From assembly GCA_040954595.2 (NCBI GenBank), contig CM082577.2, positions 19,256,303 to 19,320,302 on the forward strand: a stretch of DNA of 64,000 nucleotides, in the 5' to 3' direction. The translations under genes and the position numbers were made by a program. The notes beneath the pieces were generated by a model. That model saw only the letters and a list, made by a program, of their open reading frames with translations. It ran no database searches and was not told the origin of the DNA. Source of the stretch: Balanoglossus misakiensis (taxonomy: Eukaryota > Animalia > Hemichordata). This document shows, piece by piece, positions 35,513 to 45,887 of the stretch (position 1 is its first letter; each line of letters starts with the position of its first letter).

Positions 35513-36592
35513 GATGAAATACGTGACACCATCAGTCACTGCAGCACCTGCAATGAATACGCACAACAGAACCAGCAGAAAGAAACACTCATGACTCATG
35601 AAATACCAGATAAACCTTGGAGCAGAATAGCAATGGATCTATTCACATATCATGGCGACAACTACCTTGTCATGGTTGACTACTATTCTGACTTTTGGGA
35701 AATGGACCACGTAACAAGTACCACAGCAGAAACCATCGTCAACTGCTGTAAAGCCCAATTCAGTCGACATGGAATACCAGAAGTTGTCATGTCCGACAAT
35801 GGTCCACAATTCGATTGTGCCGAATTCAGAAGTTTTGCCAACGACTGGGAATTTCTACATGTTACATCATCGCCGTACCATAGCCAGTCCAATGGTAAAA
35901 TTGAGGCAGCAGTCAAAATTGCGAAACGACTCATCAAGAAAGCACGCAGAGATGGCAACGACCCCTGGAAAGCAGTCCTTGATTGGAGAAATACCCCAAT
36001 GGAAGGAATGCAGAGCAGTCCAGTACAACGACTCATGTCACGTCGCACTCGTACATCACAGCCCACTGCAAACCGTCTACTCATACCCAAAGTAGTAGAA
36101 GGAGTCACAGAGGAGATAAAGCACCGCAGGAAGAAATCCAAATTGTACTACGACCAACGAGCGAAGGATCTTCCAGACCTACATATTGGCCAAACAGTTC
36201 GGATGAAGCCACTACCGACAGACAGAGAGCAGAAATGGCGTATAGGAACCTCTTTGGATCAAGTCGCTCCACGCTCATACAATGTCAACGTCGATGGTCG
36301 AGTATATCGTCGTAACCGTACATTTCTACGAGTCACAAAGGAACGCATGCCACCACCGATGGAGAGTGAGATCATACATGCAGATTCTACAAGTGCCAGC
36401 ATGAAGCCTGATACTACAGTTTGTGATATGCCATCACCAGCCCGTGATCCAGTATCAGTCCGTGTGAAACAAACAACTGACAAACCTAGTGTAGATAGAC
36501 ATCACACAGACGCATCATCATCATCTACTCGATACACACGCACTAGAGTAGTCAGCACACCCACACACTTCAAAGATTTTGTGTTGAAATGA
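35513..36592 (+). CDS. Integrase remainder of Gypsy 3
   Basis: CSTC, PWSRIAMDLF, VDYYSDF, SDNGPQF, SSPYHSQSNGKIEAAVK, YRRNR. The first 94 residues of the 35231 ORF come from the insertion. Confidence 0.93.
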   Translation, partial: DEIRDTISHCSTCNEYAQQNQQKETLMTHEIPDKPWSRIAMDLFTYHGDNYLVMVDYYSDFWEMDHVTSTTAETIVNCCKAQFSRHGIPEVVMSDNGPQFDCAEFRSFANDWEFLHVTSSPYHSQSNGKIEAAVKIAKRLIKKARRDGNDPWKAVLDWRNTPMEGMQSSPVQRLMSRRTRTSQPTANRLLIPKVVEGVTEEIKHRRKKSKLYYDQRAKDLPDLHIGQTVRMKPLPTDREQKWRIGTSLDQVAPRSYNVNVDGRVYRRNRTFLRVTKERMPPPMESEIIHADSTSASMKPDTTVCDMPSPARDPVSVRVKQTTDKPSVDRHHTDASSSSTRYTRTRVVSTPTHFKDFVLK

Positions 36593-36799
36593 CTGCACAT
36601 AGTTGAGTTGCACAGATTCAATGTGAACTGAGATTCGGACGATGTTTTGAACTTTTCTTGTTGAAAGACACTGAACTCATGAACATTGACTCATGAACTG
36701 ACACTGACAATGTGTTGCAGAGTTATTCGATTTGCTGTTTTATTGTTCCAGAAAATTGTTGATGTTCGTGTTCTTTTCAATTTTTTATGAACAGGGGGA

Positions 36800-36917
36800 T
36801 GTTACGATATATGACTGATATAGCAGTGAGATATGCTAATTACTACTGTTCACCTTTGACCCCTACTCCAGTGTAAGCCGCCATCTTGAGCTACAATAAA
36901 ACCCACTACACGAGACA
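36800..36917 (+). repeat. 3' LTR of Gypsy 3
   Basis: Identical to 31554-31671; preceded by the PPT. Confidence 0.97.
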
Positions 36918-36999
36918 AAAACGGCTGAACCTACAAATCTCAAACTTGGCACAGTGGTGCACGCCTATGAGAGCTGGTGCAGTACCCTCGTGAATATTT

Positions 37000-38306
37000 A
37001 ATAAGTAATAATAATATAATAATGCTTTATTTGCATTTCAAGGCCTCCGGCCCATGTGCAAAGGGGGGTTACATTCAGTATTTCCATTACTTCGTCAAAA
37101 CAAAACAAAAACAAAACAAAAAGATACAAACATCACGTGGATAATGAAAACGGAAGTAAGTTACAGTGGGAGACAATTAAAAATCAGTAGTGAAAATGTT
37201 ATACATTTGCATCAGCTCTTTCTCTGAGCTTGACTGCTCTATGAACAAAATTACAAAGCCTGAGTATGGTGTCTGAATCATTTGTGTTCATTACATTGGT
37301 AAACTTATAAAAGTTTGGCTCTAAAAACAGATAAGTCGGTAAGTATCGTACTCTGAGATTGTTATACAGTGGACAAATTACTAGAAAGTGGTACTCATCT
37401 TCAACTGCTTTGGTGTTACAAAATTTACAATGTCTGTCTGCTGGGGCGATGTGGTGTCTTCTGCCTTCCTCTATAGCGAGGGGAAGTGAAGAACACCGAA
37501 AACGTGAATACATTTGGATAACATTGTGGTGACACTGGATGGAAAGATATTTTCAGGTTCTAAAATACTCTTGAATTGAATGTAAGTGCGAAGTTTTGGT
37601 TTCAATGCCATGTTTTCTCTCCATTGTTGTCTAAAAATATCCTGCACTCTTAGTTGAAATGTCGAAAGAAATAATTGCTTGTTGCCCACTTCCTGAGCAA
37701 CCCATGCAAAACCTAGCCCAAATGAGAACAGAATATCCTTTATAGATGACGCCCAAGTACGTCTGCCTATACTGTCCAAATTACATAACATAATATAAGC
37801 TTGTTTCTGAATTCTGTCATTGGGCATTTCTAACAGCTTTAACCAAAAACTGATACAACGTTTCAGGGTGTAATAATAAATAGGGAAGCGCCCACATTCT
37901 CCTAGTACAGCTTCATTTGTCGCATTCTTAGGTAAACCCAATATTCTTCTGCACCAATTCCTTTGAATTTTCTCTATAGCATCAAAATATTGATGGCCCC
38001 AGACTTCTGAACCATAACAAAGGATTGGCAGAATAAGCACATCAAACAGTTTAAAATGAACATTACAATCAAAGTGACCAAGTTTCCACCTTGCGACTGA
38101 GAGTGAAGTTAAGGCTTTGTTTGCTTGGTTGGCTAAGGTGCAAACTGCTTTGGACCATGAATTTCGTGAGGAAAGGAGAAGGCCAAGGTACTTATAATAA
38201 GAAACAATCTCAATCGCAGTTCCATTAAAATGCCATTTCTCCCATCGCGAACGATGGCCACCTTTACGAAATATCATTACCTTTGTTTTATCAAAATTGA
38301 TCTGCA
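37000..38306 (-). mobile_element. 5'-truncated non-LTR retrotransposon (RTEX-like LINE) 3' end with (ATT)n tail
   Basis: INFDKTKVMIFRKGG...IEIVSYYKYLG, PILCYGSEVWG, AVLGECGR; frameshift near 37550; then CKFC..VEDEYHFLVICPLY. AATAAA and an ATT-repeat tail on the minus strand at about 37005-37031. Confidence 0.88.
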
Positions 38307-39505
38307 TACGCCATTTGCCATTGCATAAGTCATGTGACCTGATGACCATATATGGGCAAAGTTTTCAAATGGGCCTAATTTGCATATGAATGGAGATATC
38401 AAAATTCTTTTAGCAATTTTTGCGGACCATGTGGTCAGTGTCCTACATGCCAAATGTCAAGGCCGTGGGCCAAGTCTATTTTGAGAAGAAGATTTTTTTA
38501 TTTTTCATATTATTGGACCCAGCCATAGGCCTATACTTTCTATAGTTAAGCTATTGCGCTATGTCCACGTCGGCTGTGCAATGGTCCTGTACAGTGACTC
38601 TCTATTGGCCTGTGAGCAGAATGGGACCACAATAAAAGGCAAAATTTTGGGCTCACCTGTAACACCTGCTTAACTCATTAATTATGTGCATACCTAATAC
38701 CAGGCTAACTAATAGGGCTAGAGGTTTTGTTCTTGTGGGACATGGACCAGTATGGGATCAAAAATTGTTGCCCAAATTTTGGGTGACCTCAGGTGACCTT
38801 TGACCTACTTTCCTATATCTCGGCATCCAGAGCAGGTACAGACTCGGCGTTTGGAGGGTTGGTACTAAAATTGAAAAGACAAAATTGGGGTCACCTGTGA
38901 CACCTGCATATCTCATTAATTATGTGCATACCTCATTCCAGGCTAGCCAATAGGGCTAGAGGTTTGATTTTTGTTGAACATGGACCAGTATGGGGTTAAA
39001 ATTTCTTGCCCAATTTTGGGTGACCTAAGGTGACTTTTGACCTACTTTACCATATCTCGGCAACCAGCCCAGATACAGCCTTGGCATTTGGAGGCATGGA
39101 ACTCCTAATGGAGCCTTATACTTTACCTCATTAATTATGTGCATATCTAATTGTAGGCGAACCAATAGGGCTAGAGGTCTGGTTTTTCTTGGACCTGGAC
39201 TAGTATGGGGTCAAAATTTTTTGCCCAACTTTCGGGTGGCCTCAGGTGACCTTTGACCTACTTTCCTATATCTCGGCATCCAGAACAGGTACAGCATTTG
39301 TGTTTGGATAGATCGAACTATTGTTGGACCTTGACTAGTTTTGCCCAAATTTTGGGTGACCACATATGACCTTTGACCTTCGGCTTAAGCTTGTGCCCGT
39401 CATAGCTGCTTGCAGCTATATTTCATATATGTATTACTAAGCAGCTGTATGCATGAAATTATGACATTTGATTAGCAATAACTTCTGACATAGCTATCAA
39501 CCTAC

Positions 39506-39745
39506 CTTTTCAGTTTTCTGTTGGAATTCCATGAGATCCCTATATCCGCTTTCAATGAGAGCATCTCCTTATGACTCACTCTTGTTCTTGGTATTTTGTC
39601 AAATATTTGATCTATTCTTTGTTGCTTTGATGCCACTTGTATCTCATCTCTGTGCTGCTGGTTTGTACTGCCCTTACTAATTATGTCCCTTTGTTCTTCC
39701 AGTAGTCCTTGTTGCCTGCTCTGGTGATTTTCTTGGTTGTGGAGT
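39506..39745 (-). pseudogene. Possible isolated transposase-like exon remnant
   Basis: Open ~79-codon frame ending ...HKEMLSLKADIGISWNSNRKLKR at an AG|GTAGGT donor. Resemblance to DNA-transposase helical motifs is a pattern impression only. Confidence 0.3.
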
Positions 39746-39981
39746 GTGCATCACAACAAGATTTTTGAAAGTCATTAAAGACACAATAAAATTACTATTT
39801 CTTTAAATTAATTTCTTAATTTGATGCTTTACAGGAATTTTAGGAAATGTAGTAAATTAATTGAGTAAATTTTCCCAAAACAAAAAGAGTTTCAAACTTT
39901 CTGGGCTGTTGACATTTTATTGAAACCAAACAAATGTTCCAAGTATATTCCAGTTTCATTTTGAATTGAAAGGGTTAAAGA

Positions 39982-40063
39982 ATCATCATCATCATCATCA
40001 TCATCGTCATCGTCGGCATCGTCATCATCATCATCATCACCGTCGTCGTCGTCTTCGTCGTCG

Positions 40064-40131
<68 letters not shown>

Positions 40132-40156
40132 GTCGTCGTCGTCGTCGTCGTCGTCG

Positions 40157-40191
<35 letters not shown>

Positions 40192-40262
40192 GTCGTCGTC
40201 GTCGTCGTCGTCGTCATCATCATCATCATCATCATCATCGACGACGACGACGACAACAACAA
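39982..40262. repeat. Compound trinucleotide microsatellite (CAT)n/(CGT)n/(CGA)n
   Basis: Directly visible alternating blocks of cat and cgt. Confidence 0.98.
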
Positions 40263-40548
40263 GATGTTCCCTGTATAAAACAGCCGAGGAACAGTATTTT
40301 TGCCTGGCATAAAAGTTTCAAATTTAATTTCTTGATTTTTAGATGTGACCTAATATCATTACGTATTTCATTTTCATCATTCCTCAGTAAAAAAAACAAA
40401 AAAAACACAGATTTTTTCGCGTCGTAAACACACGGTAAAAGTATTAGAATAGGTCCGCGTCACCTTTGACACTGCAGTGATTGCATCATAGCGTTGTTCA
40501 TTTGTTCACGCGTGACCCTTTCCTCACCTCAGTCGCTGAAATACCAAC

Positions 40549-40669
40549 ATGGCGACTCAGGGAACGAAGTTACACACGATGTCGTCAAAATCAAGGGTAT
40601 GGTTACAACCCGACAGTCCTGCCGGCAAATATGTTCTGTCTTCGTGTGCTGCCACAGTGGCTGAATTAG
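40549..40669 (+). CDS. SLC25A27: Mitochondrial uncoupling protein 4, coding exon 1
   Basis: ccaacATGG start; MATQGTKLHTMSSKSRVWLQPDSPAGKYVLSSCAATVAEL, matching UCP4 KFLLSGCAATVAEL; phase-1 donor G|gtatgt. Confidence 0.92.
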
Positions 40670-40947
40670 GTATGTTTTGAACATTCCACCCACGCCTACC
40701 CTCGATTAAAACAGCGGAAAAGTGCGTAGATTTCATTCATCACGACAATTTGACCGACAGCATGGGACGGATCGCGGACAGGAGGTAAAGTCCGCATGCA
40801 GACCTGTAGTAGTACGTAGAGCAAGCGTTCACAGTGTAATCCCAATTTGACTCATTTGTACTGGAGTAACTGTCGGACCACCACGAACTGGTGTGTTCGC
40901 AGTCAACCTAGCAGCACCCGCTACAATCAGTGCAGCTACTATGGACC

Positions 40948-41029
40948 TAGCCCTGCGTACAGGTCTATGTGCTCTACCTCTCGGTGTAACACCGGGATCA
41001 CAGTTCACACAGACCTGTACGTAGGGCTA
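40948..41029. mobile_element. 82-bp MITE (TAG...CTA) with 9-bp TSD
   Basis: TSD ctatggacc at 40939-40947 and 41030-41038. TIR belongs to the 21354 family. Confidence 0.88.
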
Positions 41030-41859
41030 CTATGGACCGAGCTCATCTTGAATAACCGACGGTCATATGGTTGAATTCTACGTTTTCTGTTGTTTACACT
41101 AGCACTACAGGCACAGTATCTTGTCATGAGTCGCGGTTTGTGCACGCGAGTTTGTCGAAGATGGAATGATTAATTTCCATGATTCAGGCAATTGTTGTCA
41201 GATCTGGATAATTGGGCATCTGCCACTCGAGACACATTTTTCAAATCATCTGGATTTCACATTCATATTCACAACTGGGTTGCCCGCGTAGCTGCAGTTC
41301 AGTAGCTCGAGGTATTCCTTTTGGACAGCGCAGCTGACGGCAAAACAATTCTGTTTGGTGACCTCTAGTGCTCTTTCGATAATTGTAGGTTGGGCCTGCT
41401 ATTTTATCTTGTCATTTTCTTGCTAAAAAAGAGAATTACTACACGACATAGAAGAAACACTATGTCACCATGCTTGATTTTGTGAGATGTCCTCTGCAGA
41501 CATTTTCACCATACGAAAACTATAATTTTAGTAAATAATAGGCATTAGGAATGCGAGAAAAGTGCTGACTCAGCATTATCCACAATATTTGTGACCTCTT
41601 AACTGAAAAAGTAGGAAGGGAATACCCTATTTTCTCTGTATTTTTTTTGTTCAAAATTCATTGATATACAATATATACAGGAAAATAACAATTTAGGTGG
41701 TCTGAGTTTCTATAGTTTTGTTCAAATTGTTGCAAAATTTTGAGCAATTTTGCCATTTTTGGTCAAAAACCTTTTTCTCTAAAACCGCATGTCAGATTGC
41801 TAAATGCAATTTGGTAGGCATTTTCCTAGGGGTAACCAAAGTAAGATGTTAAACAAATT

Positions 41860-43492
41860 CTGATATTTGAAGTCGATCTGACTTGTAGTTTCTGAGATCT
41901 GAGATTTGCATTTTTTCAGAAAATCCAATATGGCCGCCATGTCACGTGACTAATTAAGTATTCACAAGTCACTGCACATCTACTAATTCACCTTGACCAC
42001 TGTAGCAAGTTTGAGAACTGTACCTGCAGCGGTGTCTGAGATCTAGAGCAATAAAGAATGGAACCAAGAATAAAGAAAGAAAGAAAGAAAGAATTAAAGC
42101 TGCAAGCAGCATTGTCGGGCCCAAGCGCTGATCCGGTATTATATATCACCTGAGGTCACCCAACATTTGGGCAAAATTTATTGACCCATACTGTTCCATG
42201 TCCAACAAAAACCAAACCTCTAGCTCTATTGGTTCGCCTGTAATTAGCTATGCACATAAATAATGAGGTCAGCAGAGGTCAAAGGGGTCATGAAAGTAGC
42301 AAAATATTTTGATCACACACAAATCAACATGCATCAAAAACCAAATGTCTAGCCCTATAGGTTAGCCTGGAAATAGATATGCAGAAATAATAATGTGTGA
42401 AAAGTAGGTCAAAGGTCATGTGAAAAATCGACAAAATTTTTTAACATATTTTAGTCACATGACGATTGATATCCATAAAAAGAATTTATAATGCTATCAA
42501 TTTTTAGACTAGAAAAAAAATTTCAATTTTTCACTGCTTTTTACAAAATCCAATATGGCCACCATATTAATCAACCAATCACAATGCTCTTTGCAAACTT
42601 GATAGACATCAATGTAGTGACCATACTCCCCGAATCTTGCGACTCAGTCATCGCTTGTTCTGGAGAAGAAGATTTCTGGAGTTTAACTATGGTTTTTCGA
42701 AAATCCAATATGGCCGCCATAATCTCCGACCAATCACAATGATCTTCGCAAACTTGATAGACATCAGTTAGGTGACCACATACCCCAAACCCCGTGTCTC
42801 GGTTATCACCGGTTCTGGAGAAGAAGATTTTTGAAATTTAAGCCAGATTTCAGAAAAAAAATTGTAGCAAAAAAACTGCAACATTGACAGCAAAATTTCC
42901 AATTACAAAAATGATAGGTAGAAGGTAGTCTACCTGCATGCCAAATTTGAAGTCGATCTGACTTGTAGTTTCTGAGATCTGAGATTTTATTTTTTTCAGA
43001 AAATCCAATATGGCCGCCAGGTCACGTGACTAATTAAGTATTCACAAGTCATTGCACATCTACTCATTGACCTTGACCACTGTAGCAAGTTTGAGAAGTG
43101 TACCTGCAGCGGTGTCTGAGATCTCGTTGCCCAAAGAATTGACACAAGAATAAAGAAAGAAAGAAAAATTCCAACGAAACCAATAGGGCCCAAGCGCTTG
43201 CGTGCGCTTGGGCCCTAAAAATTCCAACGAAACCAATAGGGCCCAAGCGCTTGCTTGCGCTTGGGCCCTAAAAATTCCAACGAAACCAATAGGGCCCAAG
43301 CGCTTGCTTGCGCTTGGGCCCTAAAAATTCCAACGAAACCAATAGGGCCCAAGCGCTTGCGTGCGCTTGGGCCCTAAAGACAGAAAAACCCCAGCGAAAC
43401 CAATACGGGCCCAAGCCTGGCTTGGCTTGGGCCCGTAAAAATTCCAACAATACCAATAGGGGCACAAGCCCGATAGGCTTGTGTCCCTAATA
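41860..43492 (-). mobile_element. Self-nested HINEs (family B) ending in a stack of six terminal palindromes
   Basis: An inner copy begins ttaaagctgcaagcagc at about 42094 inside an (AAAG)n tract. ~52-bp units aaaattccaacgaaaccaatagggcccaagcgc...gcgcttgggccct start near 43165, 43217, 43270, 43323, with two diverged units to 43490. Confidence 0.8.
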
Positions 43493-43742
43493 ATTCATAG
43501 CAACCGGAAAGCAGCAAGCTGTACAAGTCTATGGGCCTACGCGTTCCCTACACATAATGAAGCCCATAGACTTGGAGCAAGTCTACATGGGACCTTATGG
43601 AATCAGTTGCGTCTGTATCAGTGTATGTATGGATGGATGAATGTCTGTGTTGTGTTATCTATTAATGACTGGACACTTACGCACCACATACTAACAAATA
43701 CTACTTTATTCAATGCAGACCATTGCCGTCTCCGGCTCTTAA

Positions 43743-44241
43743 AGGCACGTAAGCTGTAACTTTTGGGATAATTTTCATAATTTTTGTTTCACACTGCACT
43801 ACCATTAGTCCATGCAGATGAAGGCAGTGAACTATACACAAGCATTATAAACCCTAAATATGAGTGCATATGCAAGTTTTAACCAGATAAATAATAAAGC
43901 TTTGCCGCAAGCGATTATGGCCGCCACCGTGGGAAAATGAAAGAAACAATGAAAATGTCGCATTTCCGGTTGTGAAACTTCACAAACAAAACATGATCTC
44001 ATCCACTTGAGCTCATGGAAGGAAATGTACACCACTGAGACATCAGATTTTCATTTTTCATTGCAATATTGTACTTTTTTAAAAATTTCAGGAATTTTCG
44101 TTTTTCTTTAATTTTTGGCCATTTTGTCATAAATAAGTGCTGAGCTTGATATATTATCATGGCATTTAATAGATATAATTAAGAGCATATATGAGATTAT
44201 TTAAAACATTGATTTTTTATCCAGTTGCAGCTTACGTGCCT
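43743..44241. mobile_element. Kolobok-like 499-bp element with TTAA TSD, copy 2
   Basis: Same TIR and length as 26052-26550; only a couple of substitutions visible. Confidence 0.88.
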
Positions 44242-44779
44242 TTAACAACAAAAACAATGACATACTGATGACGTACTATCAATAGCGCCCTCACAGACGT
44301 ATATAGCAAATACTGGACACTACAGTCTGTATGTCCGTCCACATCAAAAACTTGATGGGAGTTTGTTCAAATATGCTGGGAAAATGTGAAATTGGTCAAA
44401 ACTCAAAAACTCAACAACCACTGGACAGATTGATTTGGAAATTGGTATGCCGGTACTGTATGTCAACCTCATACAGTCCTGTATGTCTTGAGCTAATATT
44501 TTCTATTTTCTATTTTTTATGCATTTTCCACATTATTGGTAAAATATCGTCATTTCTGAATGGGACTTCTTTGAAATTTAGTATGAAGCTTCCTGGCCAC
44601 CCCTATATATATGGGAAGGTCTGCCTTTAAATGTATGTCCTTGTCTGTTCTCAATATCAAAATATCAGAGATCCTTTCATTCCACAATTTTATTACTGTA
44701 CACTCCTTTTATCAAATTGAAATTTGATCAATTATAGGTGCGTGAAGTTGGTTACTAGTTCCCGGTTCCTGACGATCAA

Positions 44780-44925
44780 GCTTCATTGAGATGAAATGAC
44801 AAATGTTTTTAATTCTGACCAAAAGAAAAGAAAAAATTCGACAGAAAGTCCATCACATCCCGGAGACTTGTTAGCTGCCATGGTCTTCAAAGCACGCAAA
44901 CATTCTTTTAGTCCTGGTAAACTTA
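44780..44925 (-). pseudogene. L1/Tx1-type LINE ORF2 fragment
   Basis: Translates LKECLRALKTMAANKSPGCDGLSVEFFLFFWSELKTFV (KSPGxDG pre-RT motif). Confidence 0.75.
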
Positions 44926-45887
44926 TTTTCCAAATAATCGTCAATCATCCGATGGCAACATTTTCGCTGATAGATCGTCTGTCTGTCCCCGCAGAATTTG
45001 ACCCTTTACTTTGAGGCATTAGTCAGTTTGGCTATGTGAATAACATCCACGTGGTCTGTCACTGAGATAATGGCGACTAACATGAGCTGTAAGTGAATAA
45101 GACTGACGATTTTTTAAAACTTAGCCTGTCGTGTATGACACCCTAAAATTAGATTTTACGAGGACAGTCTATGATTTAACGCATAATATTCTCTATTTAC
45201 GTGTGACTTGTCAGAATCTGTTTTGATTGTACGACAGAGAGCATTATCTGAGCATTCAAATGAGCAGTCAAGTTTTTAAATATGTGAATGGTATGCGATG
45301 GTACGCATGTTTTCCGATATCAATGCATAATGCATTGTTTCAGTTGTCAATGGTGGAACTCAACTGTTTTGTTTACGATGTAACGTGTGTAAGTTGGCCT
45401 GCTTACACACTTGCGGGAGTTTTAGCTCTGAAGAGCTCTGTCACACCATTTCCACTTATTTTTATACTAAGTTTTACTTGGAGTTTATTTGACTGTATGG
45501 ACCTTAATGCCAGACTCTCTTGGCTAAATTTTCTAATTATTGTGTCTTGTAAAAATCTAGCATCTCCATGCATAGCCCTGCGTACAGGTCTGTGTGATCG
45601 CGGCCTTACACCCCCTCCATCACATCTTCGCAAAGGTCCATAGACAAAACTGGTGCGTCTGCTGCCCGGATCCGGACCGCAGCTTTTCGGCCGATTTTAT
45701 CGAAGCAAAATCCTTTCCCTGTTTCCTTCTACCTCATAACCGACTTCAAATACGATGCGATTAAATTCTCCTAAAGGAGGTGGAGGCCGTGTATTCGCTG
45801 AACATTGCGTCTCACGTGACTAGGCAAAAAGACGCGTCACGAAGATAGATGCAGATAACTGCCATCCGCCATTTTGTAATGTGTTAG

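Larger units (their letters stand above)
31554..36917 (+). mobile_element. Complete Ty3/Gypsy element 3 (Mag-like) with identical 118-bp LTRs and 5-bp TSD AAAAC
   Basis: LTRs 31554-31671 and 36800-36917 (TG...CA) are identical by eye. TSD at 31549-31553 and 36918-36922. PBS tggtgtcagaagtgg; PPT aacaggggga. Confidence 0.97.
31430..39423 (+). mobile_element. HINE hosting the nested Gypsy 3 and LINE insertions
   Basis: 5' part gtgccctattggtatt plus TC-rich tract. Sequence is continuous across the AAAAC TSD. Internal diverged tandem units at about 38640-39380. 3' end gcttgtgccc...gctgcttgcagctatattt. Confidence 0.65.

Noticed and set aside
39966-40427. Poly-His/Arg ORF and the antisense poly-Met/Thr ORF
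   Set aside because: Translations of a CAT/CGT microsatellite; no splice or homology support.
43165-43490. CRISPR-like array of palindromic repeats
   Set aside because: No unique spacers, no cas genes, eukaryotic context; units are HINE termini.
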